From: an uncultured Pseudomonadota bacterium
GTDB lineage: Bacteria; Oederibacteriota; Muellerivitia; Muellerivitales; Muellerivitaceae
DNA length: 64,000 bases
Direction: 5' to 3'
NCBI GenBank assembly: GCA_963843375.1
Contig: CAWJKT010000015.1
Span: 1 to 64,000 of the forward strand
Shown here: piece by piece, positions 10,283 through 20,400 of the stretch
Layout of the letters: each line of letters opens with the position of its first letter
Numbering within the stretch: the first letter of the stretch is position 1
The notes under the pieces: model-generated
Told to the model about the DNA's origin: nothing
Seen by the model: the letters and a program-made list of their open reading frames with translations, nothing else
Databases searched by the model: none
Made by a program: the position numbers and the translations under genes

Positions 10283-10815
10283 TCACACCAACGGATTATT
10301 CCTTGACGTTCCGGCACGCACCTGACTCTCAATATTTATCCACGCCAAGTATTCATCAGCGCACACAAAGCATGCTTCTTGAGCGGCGAGCAATTGCACG
10401 TCTACGTGATACGGTTTCAGTTTCCGTAAATCGCGAATTTTTCGTTTCCGACGTCCCAATTCTTCCATATTGGCGAATGCAACTTGCCGCTGTTGTCGTT
10501 CCACCAAACGCCGTGCGCATATTGATTTCTGATTTTGAGGCAATACCGCACGAGTCGGACGGCCTTGTTAAATTCTCCAAGGAGTCCGTGATGTGGATGG
10601 TGCGAAACAAATAATTGTTCGGCCGCGTCGATGCGGCGAGTGTCCCCGCGCTTTCCGGACATCTTCTTCAAGACAGTATCAAGGTCGCTCCCGCGTGCCA
10701 TCTGCACACAGTGCAAAAGACAAATTTTAATGTTCGAATAACCCGCCGACAGCCGACCGATGATCGCGCCTTCAACGGGAAATTCTATAAACGGGCGAAG
10801 GATCGAGCGCGGCAT
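10283..10815 (-). CDS. Hypothetical protein with HEPN-like RNxxAH motif, one frameshift
   Basis: Mostly helical ~175 aa reconstruction; LKIRNQYAH, motif at 10513-10530. Confidence 0.5.
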
Positions 10816-10821
10816 TGCCGC

Positions 10822-11570
10822 CTATCCATTCCGCAAGCCGGGAGTCTCGACATAAAACGGCAAGCGCAGCGTGTCGATGTCCGGCGCGTTCTCGATCCGA
10901 GCAACCAAATTCATCACCAGTTCCTTGTCATTGATGTACTTTTGAAATATGAGCTTCGCGAAGCCGAATGTTACTTCGGAGATGTCGGCTGCTGTCGGAG
11001 CCAACTGATTGAGCAACTTCTTATGCGCGACATTCACGTCCGTCTCTCCGAGAATTTCCATGACGCCGTGAACGACGACAAAATCTGACACAAAGAACGA
11101 TACGTTGAGAAGCGCGCGATTGAAAAAGACACTCCAATCAACATCCTCCGCATCGTTGCTCGCGGCTGCGAGTCGAAAAGCCGCCTCCATCTGCTCCATC
11201 GTCGGATGATGGAACGCAAAATTATTCCGGATCGTCGCCAGCGGATTTGACACGCGAACCGCTTTTTGAGTCGATCCAAGGCCGCCGCCGCTTCCGCATC
11301 CAGCGACGATGCCCACTCCCTTCCGACTTTGCTTTTGAGAAATTCCCTTTCGATCAACAGCCATGCTTCTTGCATCACGCCAATAGTGAGCCGAACAAAA
11401 ATCTGGGTCTGAGCGCCGCTTACCCGTTGCTCAATCGGGTTGTCTGGTGTGTCGTTCGTCATGACAATTACGATTTTCCACAACGCGTTTACTTGATTAG
11501 ACGCGTAGCCGAGCAACAAGAACAATCCCCGTTCTTCACGGGTCATCTTTCCCAAAAGCTCTTTGCTCAT
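10822..11570 (-). CDS. Hypothetical protein with HEPN-like RNxxAFH motif, frameshift near 11,260
   Basis: MSKELLGKMTREERGLFLLLGY... continues in the next frame as SNPLATIRNNFAFH (motif 11209-11229); true start uncertain. Confidence 0.5.
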
Positions 11571-12053
11571 CGGCAATTGTAAAATATCCAGCAACGGCTT
11601 GTTCCCAAGAGCCCTTTGCGCTTTTCGTTCCTCGACTTCGGGCCGGTTGATGAACTTGGTCAATTCAATGAAGGTAGAACTCCGATCAACGGCTTTCTCA
11701 ATCTGCGCATGCCACTGCGCCGCATTGTCCAACTCAATGAAAGAGTCAATTAGTTTGAGGCGCACCATTCGCGTGCTGCCCCGACCAACAAACAGGCCCT
11801 CGTTATAAGCGCAGGCATATAGCTCCAAGAAATTCAAAAACTCGTTGAACGCATGTTGTCGATCCGCTGTGGTCTCTGCATCGACAAGCACACGCTCGCG
11901 CGCATTGGCGTCGTCTGAAAATTTCTGCAACGTCTGCAAGTCAGCAGTGCGACGCGACCGTCCGACGGTGAACGCTGTAAACAACAAACCGCCCGCCGCA
12001 GCGATAGCAGCAACAAATTGCACCAGCGGAACCCAGTCTTTTAGATCATCCAA
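11570..12053 (-). CDS. N-terminally membrane-anchored hypothetical protein (DUF4760-like); reads in frame into the downstream gene
   Basis: TM helix WVPLVQFVAAIAAAGGLLFTAFTV, then FLNFLELYACAYNEGL. Confidence 0.5.
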
Positions 12054-12062
12054 GGGCGCGCC

Positions 12063-12335
12063 TTACTCTTTGCCTTTTGTCTCCACGGGCTGTTGCGTGT
12101 TTGTTTGCTGCGCAGGTTGCCGTTGTTGTGCAGCCTCCCTAAGCAGGGCCCCTGTTAGATTTCCGGAAGTCAGGGAAATCGAGCGGTCAGGCTGAAAAGC
12201 CACCGCTAAATTTCTGGAGGTAAGCGAGTCGGCGCGGACGTTCTCCAAAGCCCTTGCCAGATTTAACGAACTCATCGAGTCGTTCGCCATCCCCCGGCTG
12301 ACAGGGCGAATTGGCGGCCTAGTGATCTTTGCCAT
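12063..12335 (-). CDS. Small hypothetical protein
   Basis: 90-aa ATG ORF, co-oriented and ending 9 bp before the next gene. Confidence 0.4.
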   Translation of the reverse strand: MAKITRPPIRPVSRGMANDSMSSLNLARALENVRADSLTSRNLAVAFQPDRSISLTSGNLTGALLREAAQQRQPAQQTNTQQPVETKGKE

Positions 12336-12640
12336 GGAGTGCGTTCCTATTTCTTGTCGGATGATTGCTGCGGCGCTGTTGTGCGCGCGGCGGCGGGAGG
12401 CCGATTAAGAGCGTTGGAAAGATTGTTGCTCGTAAGCGACCTTCCCAAGTCAGGTATGAAGGTCGGCGGTGTGCGGCCTGAATTTTCATCTGCCATTTTT
12501 GCTCTCGCGTTTTTAGGAAGCCGAGTCGGAGCTTAGCACAGAACGCGCAATCCCGCGACAGGACGGCCGAAAAGTCAGCCCTAAATCCGGCCTTTTTGTC
12601 TGCTTCTCGATAACCGCCAATCCCCAAAACAACGGGAGGA

Positions 12641-12901
12641 ATGACAATGACAGGTCAAGCAAATCCATGGAAGTTTGTGAGTGACTGGGCGTTAGAGCAT
12701 GTGCAGGCAACCGTACATGATGACCGGGAGTCGGCAGAGCACTACGCGGCCGAATGCCTTGCGGATGCAAAGGCGGCGGGCTTTAGCGAACAGGCCATCA
12801 TCAAAGCGGCTCACGGCAATCTCGTTTCCTTCATGGAAGGCGAAGTGAACCGGGCCGCAGATCAGGAGGTAGAACGCCTAGTCGCTAAGGACAAATCATG
12901 A
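12641..12901 (+). CDS. DUF768-like small protein
   Basis: GGGAGG RBS; FVSDWALEHV...AAECLADAKAAGFS resembles the rhizobial DUF768 family. Confidence 0.6.
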   Translation: MTMTGQANPWKFVSDWALEHVQATVHDDRESAEHYAAECLADAKAAGFSEQAIIKAAHGNLVSFMEGEVNRAADQEVERLVAKDKS

Positions 12902-12934
12902 AGCCGCCCTAGGCGGCTCAAACTGTGGCGGGAG

Positions 12935-13510
12935 TTGCACCTGGATATCGCTCTTTCGATCATTGGCGTGGACCGGGTGGTAAGGCTCGATTCTGATGAA
13001 GCAGATATCGCAATTCGTTACGCCCGCTCGGCGCCGCTGGGCGCTTCGCGCGAAATTTTTCGCGATCAGTTCTATCCTGTGTGCAGCCCGAAACTGCTCG
13101 CCAAAGGTCCGAAGATCCGCCGAGCCTCCGATGTCGCGAGATATCCGCTCATTCATTTTGATTGGTTCGCCAAAGATCCCACAGCTCCTAATTGGAGGAA
13201 GTGGTTCGAATTGGCGTCGGCGAGCGATCCACTAGCGCTCGGAGCAGGTAATGTCGCGCTTAGCTTCCGTGAAGAGCTGCACGCTATTGAGGCGGTTCTT
13301 GCGGCCCAGGGGATCGCATTATGCAGCGATGTTATTGTCACCGACGACCTTGCGTCGAGCGCCCTGTCAAGCCTTTTGATCTCGCGCTTCCCGGATTCGG
13401 ATACCATCCAGTCTATGCCCACAATCACCCGCGCCGAGCCATCATTGAAGTTTTCGTACAATGGATTTCTTCTGATCCGGCCCGAACAGGTCGCCGGCGT
13501 CGTGCGATAA
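12935..13510 (+). pseudogene. LysR substrate-binding domain fragment (GcvA-like) lacking the HTH
   Basis: EADIAIRY, FYPVCSPKLL, AIEAVLAAQGIAL; no HTH upstream, frameshift near 13,360. Confidence 0.65.
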
Positions 13511-13759
13511 ATAGATTGGCCGTTGAGAAATGATCAGCGTCTGGTTGCGAAGGAGAGATGGTGGTACTCAACTCTTTGCAATCGAACGTCTGCTGTTCGC
13601 ACGTTTGATGAAAAGGACTTGCCTGCGATAGAGGAATTTTCTCGGTTCGTGGCTTCGTTTGGTTGCTGTTGACCCGGAACGGACCTTTGTCCCCTCCATA
13701 GACACTTGGGACGCTCGACCATAGACTTCGCGCACAGACACGCCAGCGGGGGCGCTGAC

Positions 13760-14161
13760 ATGGCCGAACAGCGCGTGGAAAGGCGGCTCGCTGCCGTTCT
13801 TGCGGCGGATGTCGCTGGTTACAGCCGGCTCATGGGCGCGGACGAGGAAGGGACACTCTCGCGGCTCAATGCCCATCGTCGGGAATTCCTCGAACCGACT
13901 GTCGCCGAACACAACGGCCGTATCGTCAAACGCACCGGCGACGGACTCTTGATCGAATTCGGCAGCGCCGTTGATGCCACGCGCTGTGCGATCCAGACGC
14001 AGCGCGGAATGGCGCAGCGTGACAAGGACGTCCCGGCCGAGCGGCGTATTGAAATCCGCATCGGCATTCACGTCGGCGACATCATCATCGAGGACGGTGA
14101 TATTTTCGGCGATGGCGTCAACATTGCGGCGCGACTGGAAGGCATGATGGCAAGAGCATGA
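13760..14161 (+). pseudogene. Class III adenylate/guanylate cyclase, truncated after GDGVNIAARLEG
   Basis: ERRLAAVLAADVAGYSRLM, RIVKRTGDG, RIGIHVGD, IFGDGVNIAARLE; ends five codons later inside an IS-like sequence. Confidence 0.8.
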
Positions 14162-14259
14162 ACGCTCTATTCACGGGCCGGATACAGAAGCGCAAGACCA
14201 ATCCCCTCCATCGCCCACATCCGGCTTGCAACACACGGCCGGTCCATACGTTTGGGTCA
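14142..14259 (+). mobile_element. Probable IS110-family (IS1111-type) non-coding end remnant, no transposase
   Basis: GAGC...GCTC hairpin, GGCCGGATACA, GCAAGACC and TTGCAACACACGGCCGGTCCATAC..TTGGGTCA resemble rhizobial IS110 ends as I recall them; starts where the cyclase breaks. Confidence 0.5.
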
Positions 14260-14536
14260 CGATCACCATTACGGCTACGTCGTGGCGACGTCTGTTTGCC
14301 CTGAATTTCGGAAGTGGAGCGATTATCAAAATTCGGCGCGCCGTGCCAGAAGCGCCATTTCAAGAGGTCGGTAATCAGTTACGGTCTAACTCGATTGGCA
14401 GACTGGTCCAGAGCCGCGCGCCACTTCGCTCAGAGTTTGCAACCGACCTTATAGGTGCGGCAGCATCGGCCCGAGAGGAAGCTCTGAATTTGGATTTGAT
14501 GAGAGCCGTTTCCATACTATTAATAAATGAACGGGA

Positions 14537-15205
14537 ATGAACCTGGAAGACTTGTATCGGCTGCTACGCAGCGAACATGTCCAGGCCCAAGGGATCACAG
14601 ACACTTGATGGCCCCTTTTGGTGGTTGACCAATCTGGCTGTGTCATGACGGGAAATCAAGGATTTTTCGAGACGTTCAGGGTGTCACGCGACGACACGGT
14701 GGGCCGCAGCTAGTTCACGCTTGACGCCGGCCAATGGATATCCCCGAATTACGACGCCTCATAAACGAGATCATTCCGAAGGCGACTGCCATTGTTGGCT
14801 ACGAAGTGAACGCTGACTTCCCCGCAATCGGACAGCTACGATGCTCGTGAGTGCGCGCCGTTTGGTTCACCCGGACAATAACAGCACTAGCATCCTCATG
14901 CTATTTGAGGACGCGACCGATACGCGCCGTGCGGATGCTGAAAAGGACATTCTCCTTGCCGAAATGCGCCATCGAATGAAGAACCTTTTAACAGTCGTGC
15001 GGCCATCGCCACTCAGACCGTCGTCGAAGGCCGTTCAGGTGAGGAATATCGGGACGCCTTTTGGGGCGTTTCGAAGCTGTGGTTCGAGCCGAGGACGTCA
15101 TCCTCGAGGGCAACCCTGAGGGCACTCTGAGCGCGTTGATCGAGCAATCTCTGGAGCCCGCTGGGCGCGAGCGATTTCGCGTTAATCCCGGCCCCGCGGT
15201 TAGGC
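14537..15205 (+). pseudogene. PAS + HWE-type histidine kinase, disrupted and truncated
   Basis: MNLEDLYRLLRSEHVQAQG, PAS-like segment, H-box EMRHRMKNLL; stop codon and several indels; ATPase domain missing. Confidence 0.7.
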
Positions 15206-15345
15206 TCAAGAGGTTTTTCGTGCGCCGGATCGTCTTCCCGGGTGCTGAGCACTTTTGGGCGTCCGATCCGTTCGACAGTGAGCCGTGCAGCTATGCCGCA
15301 CAAGCAATTCCGCAAATGATGCGGTTTCTTGAAAGCTCGCTCTAA
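15205..15345 (+). pseudogene. C-terminal fragment of a possible alpha/beta hydrolase
   Basis: FVRRIVFPGAEHFWASDP...MMRFLESSL* resembles the catalytic-His region; fused to the kinase remnant. Confidence 0.4.
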
Positions 15346-15387
15346 AAAGTTCGAAGACGGCGGCCCCAGACAGGGAGGTAAAGCGTC

Positions 15388-15794
15388 GTGTTGAAAGCGA
15401 TCGCTGTAACTGCCGCTATGGCGCTTGCGGTCACGGTGTGGGTGGTTCTCCCGACGCACGGGGATCCCCGCATTGCCGCAATCCGGACCGTTCCTTATTA
15501 ATGCGGTCGAATACGACGTGGTGCCCGGCCAAATTGACAATTTTCTTGCCGCGGTCAAAGAGAACGGCGCGGGCGTCGGTAAAAGAACCGGGTTGCCGCG
15601 AGTTCAATGTGTCGGTGGCGCAGAAAGACCCGAACCACGTTTTGATCTAAGAGGTCTATAATGACGCCGCTGCCGCGGAGGCGCATACGGCCACCGATCA
15701 CTTCCGGAAATACAAGGCAGCGACGGAGGGCATGACGACCAAGCGCGAGGCAAAGTCATATTCGTCGGTGGCGATGGATATGAAGGGCATGTAA
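15388..15794 (+). pseudogene. Putative quinol monooxygenase (ABM domain), disrupted
   Basis: YDVVPGQIDNFLAAVKENG / SVKEPGCREFNV / EVYNDAAAAEAHTATDHF; indels plus an in-frame TAA. Confidence 0.7.
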
Positions 15795-15824
15795 CACGCG
15801 GGTACTCCGCCAACTGAGCAGGGC

Positions 15825-16763
15825 ATGGGAATGGCTAGAAAAAAAAGAGGCACCGTCGGGATCGTCGGTCTCGGCATCATGGGCGGCGCTTTTGCGCGTA
15901 ACCTGCTTGCCGCCAATTGGCGGGTCGTCGGCTATGACGTCGCCGCCGACCGCCGGCGCGCGATGACAAAGGCCGGCGCCGAAATGCGCTCGAATGCGGG
16001 AGAAGTTGCGCGCGAGGCGCCGACGCTCATTTTGAGCTTACCGAACTCCAAGGCGCTCTCGACGACGGTCGCCGCTATTGTCGAAGCTGGGGTGCGCCGC
16101 CGTGTGGTGATTGAGGCATCCACGTTCAAGCTGGAAGACAAGATGGCGGCACAGGCGATCCTGCGTGAAGCCGGCCATGTTTTGCTCGACTGCCCGGTCA
16201 GCGGGACAGGCTTTCAAGCCGAAGTAAAGGACTTGGTTGTTTATGCCTCGGGCGGTTCCGCCGAGATCAGACGGTTGCGACCGTTGTTCGCCGACTTTAC
16301 GCGGGTGGTCCGCGACCTCGGCGAATTCGGCAACGGTAGCCGCATAAAATACATCGCCAATCTTCTGGTCGCTATTCATAACGTCGCAAGCGCTGAGGCT
16401 TTAGTGCTCGGTATGAAATCCGGGTTGTCGCCGGAGCTTATCTACGACGAGATCAGGGTGGGCGCCGGTAACTCCGAGGTGTTTCGAATTCGCGCGCCGA
16501 TGATGGTGAAGGGTCGCTACGACAAGCCGACCATGAAAGTTGCCATCTGGAAAAAAGACATGGATATCATCGGCAGCTTTGCGCAGTCGCTTGGCGCTCC
16601 GACTCCATTATTTTCCGCCACGCTGCCGATCTACGCCGCGGCTCTGTCGACGGGATATGCGATGCAGGACACGGCCTCAACTTGCGCTGTGCTTGAATCG
16701 ATGGCCGGAATAAAGCGCAGCAGGACGAAGGCAAAGCGTAAACGCGCGGCGTCGGTGAGATAA
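15825..16763 (+). CDS. NAD(P)-dependent beta-hydroxyacid dehydrogenase (3-hydroxyisobutyrate dehydrogenase family)
   Basis: VGIVGLGIMG Rossmann motif, LDCPVSG, catalytic KYIANLL. Confidence 0.9.
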   Translation: MGMARKKRGTVGIVGLGIMGGAFARNLLAANWRVVGYDVAADRRRAMTKAGAEMRSNAGEVAREAPTLILSLPNSKALSTTVAAIVEAGVRRRVVIEASTFKLEDKMAAQAILREAGHVLLDCPVSGTGFQAEVKDLVVYASGGSAEIRRLRPLFADFTRVVRDLGEFGNGSRIKYIANLLVAIHNVASAEALVLGMKSGLSPELIYDEIRVGAGNSEVFRIRAPMMVKGRYDKPTMKVAIWKKDMDIIGSFAQSLGAPTPLFSATLPIYAAALSTGYAMQDTASTCAVLESMAGIKRSRTKAKRKRAASVR

Positions 16764-16769
16764 CCCCAT

Positions 16770-17614
16770 ATGGCGAGGCGCCGTCGTCTCGCCGAGCAGC
16801 CGAAATCGCGCCTTGCCATCTGGGCGCGGCGGCTCGCGCTGTTTTCGCTCGCTGCGACGGTGATCGCTATCGTCATTGTGCGCTCGGGCGCGCTCGATAT
16901 CGTGCCGGCTTTGTCAACGTTGGCGGGCGCGTTGGTTCTCGCCGTCGTCGCGATCTTGCTTGCGTTTGCCGCCGGCGTGGCGATTTGGCGGGAAGGAATC
17001 AGCGGCATTGGTGAGGCGGGCACCGGGTTGATTGTCGGCGTCGCGCTGATTGCTTATCCCCTCTATCTCGGGGTCAAGGCGTATCGCTTGCCAGCAATCT
17101 ACGACGTCACGACGGATCCAATCGACCCGGCCCGATTCGAGGCGATTGCCCGGCTGCGGCCGCGCAACTCCAATCCAGTCAATTATGCGGGGCCTATGCC
17201 GCCGGGCAGCGCGTGAAGCGTATGCCGACGTCGAGCCCGACGTAACGGATGCGTCCCCGCAGGACGCATATGATGCTGCGCTTAAGGTTGTGACCAAGCG
17301 CAAGTGGCGCGTCGTCGATGCGCGTCCGCCGCAGGCGGCTCCAGCGCGCGAGGGCTCATCGAGGCGATTGCGCGCACGCCAATTCTCGGTTTCCGCGACG
17401 ACGTGGTGGTGCGCGTGCGCGTGGCGCCGGAAGGCGCCGCATCGACATACGTCGGCTTCGCGCTACGGGCGGCACGATCTCGGGGCGAACGCTGCGCGCG
17501 TACGCTCGTATCGATGATGCGCCTGTAGCGCTTGCGCCTGCGCCTGATAAGAAACAGCCCGAGACGGCGAAACCGGCTCAGGCGGCCGGTCGGGGCAATT
17601 CCGTCAAGCAATAA
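16770..17614 (+). CDS. DUF1499 membrane protein, frameshifted
   Basis: Three TM helices, LPAIYDVTTDPIDP, IEAIARTPILGFRDDVVVRV, SRYGRHDLGANAARV. Confidence 0.8.
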
Positions 17615-18427
17615 ATGCCGCCGATTGTCGGCGCGCCGACGGTCGCGACGAGACCGCGCGTTACCAATCCTCGAGATGCGCGAGGAGAGACAGGGCAGCC
17701 GCTCCGGTGAGCCGCGGATCAAGTCCGATGTAGATCGCGCGCACCAGCGTCGGAATGTCGGAAGCCCCCTTATCGAGCCGGTGCAGAATCGATGCTTCGC
17801 GCGCTTTGCCGTGTCCGATATAGCTCTACACAAAGTGCGGGGCATCACGCACAGGACCGCCGTGGCCTGGCAAATAAATAGATTCGCTGCGACGCGCCAA
17901 TTTCGCGAGCGAGGCCATGTAATCGCTCATAGCCCCATCGGGCGGGGCAACGATTGGGGTCGATCACGCCATCACGTGATCGCCGGAGAAGATCAAGTCT
18001 GCTTCGCGGAACGCATAGGTCATGTGGTTCGCCGTGTGCCCGGGCGTAGCCAATGCCTCGATGGTCCAACCTTTGCCCCGTACGGTTTGCAGGTCCGCAA
18101 GCGTGACGTCGGGACGGAAAGACATATCGGCGCTGGCATCGGGCGGCGTCGTTTCGCCATATGGAGCGGCCGCGCCGCGCGATGCGGTCCTTGAGCATAA
18201 ACGGTCGCTCCTGTCGCCTCCTTGATACTGCTGGTGGCAGGGGAATGGTCGCGGTGAGTATGGGTCGATCGAAAATCGCGCTCACCGTCTCCCCTGAAGC
18301 TAACCGTTCCCTTGAAAGTAAACGGGCCCGGATTACTGGCGACCAAGGCCCGCACGCCCGGCGCGACTTCGGCGGCTCGTCTGGCGATCAGATCGAAGGT
18401 CTTGTTGTAGGGGATATCTTCGCTCAC
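17600..18427 (-). CDS. MBL-fold metallo-hydrolase (LACTB2-like), heavily disrupted
   Basis: NPGPFTFKGTVS, THTHRDHS, TPGHTANH, FSGDHVMA in shifting frames; apparent internal deletion. Confidence 0.7.
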
Positions 18428-19534
18428 GCGCCCAACGGTCGATCAACGCCGTTATGGGTTCATCATGTGCGAGGACGGCCGAGCCAGCGCAAGCGGGAAT
18501 TTTGCGGGGCAGGGGCCGAAAAAGGATGGAGCCCTCGGTGCCGGGTACCATGCAAGATTTTATCAACTGAGGAAAGTGCAAGAAATGCCAATTCAATTGG
18601 CATTTTTTTGGTGCTTGAACCGTGTCGCCAATGACTTGTCGCCGAGGGCTGTCGCAGTTATCGTCGCGCCATGTGACCAAGACACGATCACGACACGGCA
18701 GCTATCTTTTCCAGCGGGGTTCGATCTGGGAGCAGGCTAGAAACCCGGCAGGCCGCCAGAAAAGAGGGAGGCATGGCCGACAAAAAAAGGCTGAGTTAGC
18801 GCCTTGCCGCTGATCGCCGCTCACAAGGCCGCGCTGCTCGCGGCAAAGCCCCGCGTCGAGACCGTATGGACGCGGGAGTTCGAGCCGGGCTTACACGTTG
18901 GCCTGAATGCGAAGAAGATTTACGCGACGCTCGACCATTGCATTTTCTCGACGAAGTGCCCGTGCGGATCGTGTCGAACGGCGTGATGGTGCATCGGTTA
19001 GTCGCCCGAGGCTCGCTGTCGGCGCATACGGAAGTGGCCGTCGAGTACGTTGGAAACAGCGATTGGATAAACCCTCACCAAGTTGGCTGCAGCGCGGGGG
19101 TAAGGGCCTATTGCCCAACCCGGGTGTCGGCTTATGGCTCGACCATCCGATGTGGAGATGGCGAGCATTCCCATGCCTGCGGCAGCAGTGTGGTACGGTA
19201 GCGGGTGAGTTGGAAATGCAAAAACGGCGGACGCTTGCGGAACGGGACCGACAAGTGGCTAGAAATCAATCCGCACCTAACGAAATTGCATTTGAGCAAG
19301 TCCGCTGCATGTGGCGTGTTCGAATGAAGATGCGAGGAGCGAAATTCGCATCGGCGCACGGCTTAGGAGTCGCCCTTGTTCTGTAGCTTGAACAGACTAT
19401 TGCAGCAAGAAAGATTGCGGCCCAGATACAATGGAAAAGCCATCTACACCTTAAACTCGAGGGATGTTCAGGCCAAACTGCGATGTGCCGCATATCTGAC
19501 TGCACTAACCACGCGCTGCCGACGGACGCTTTTC

Positions 19535-20239
19535 TCAGACACCGACGCCGATGTACCTCGCCTGGATTTCGGGGTGCACAGCTAATTCCTGTGGTCTGCC
19601 GTTGAAGACGATGCTGCCCTTATCCAGGACACAAATGTGGTCGGCGATTTCGAGAGCGATCGGCAGCTCCTGCACGACGATCAGGATACCCAATTTGCCG
19701 GCGGCCCGAAGGTCGCGGATGACGTCGAGTACGATGTCGACGAATAGCGGCGCGAAAATCCTTCGGTCGGCTCATCCATCAGCAGACATTCCGGCTCGGT
19801 GCGCAGCGCCCGCGCGATCGCCAGCATCGACTGCTCGCCGCCGGAAAGATGGGCGGCACGCTGACTTAGGCGCTCTTTCAGCGGCGAAAGAGTGTGAAAT
19901 ACGCTCTGTCGTCCAGGTTGCCTCACGCCTGCGAGCGGCGGCGACGGCGAGGTGCTCCGCGACAGTAAGTGAAGAGAAGATCCGGCGGCCTTGCGGCACG
20001 AGGCCGATACCTCGCCTAGCGATTTCATGCGCGGGCAAACGGGTCAATTCTTCGCCGCCGAAATGGATGCTGCCACGGCGAGGCGGTGTCAGGCCTGCGA
20101 TAGATCGGATCACCGTCGTCTTTCCGGCGCCGTTGCGCCCCATCAGCACGGTGATCCGGCCGCGGAGGACGTTTAGTGAGACGCCTTGGATGACGTAGCT
20201 GTCGCCATAATAGGTGTGAATGCCGCTAACAGTAAGCAT
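19535..20239 (-). CDS. Branched-chain amino acid ABC ATP-binding protein (LivF-like), frameshifted
   Basis: [44 protein letters not shown]. Confidence 0.85.
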
Positions 20240-20241
20240 CT

Positions 20242-20400
20242 TCAGCGTCGGAGTTCGCCCCGGCGGCCCTTGCTCCGGTGCCGTGCAGCATGCGCTCCGA
20301 AATAGAGGTCTCGTACCTGCGAGCTTTGCTGCACGTCAGTCGGCAGGCCGTCCATTAGCACCCTTCCCTGATGCAAAACCAACACGCGCCCGACGAACTC
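20242..20400 (-). CDS. C-terminal fragment of a LivG-like ATP-binding protein, cut at the junction
   Basis: My translation EFVGRVLVLHQGRVLMDGLPTDVQQSSQVRDLYFG; similarity stops at about 20,400. Confidence 0.7.
   Translation of the reverse strand, partial: EFVGRVLVLHQGRVLMDGLPTDVQQSSQVRDLYFGAHAARHRSKGRRGELRR

Noticed and set aside
13760..14161. Pycsar-type cyclase linked to the TIR gene
   Set aside because: It resembles the common rhizobial class III cyclases, is truncated, and is separated from the TIR gene by unrelated genes.
18773..19500. Short overlapping ORFs as a real gene
   Set aside because: An RBS and ATG near 18,773 suggest a broken hypothetical gene, but I recognise no family and cannot reconstruct the frame.
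20371..20400. ORF-track start MQNQHAPDEL for the FlgK-like protein
   Set aside because: These codons are the antisense of the livG fragment on the other side of the junction.
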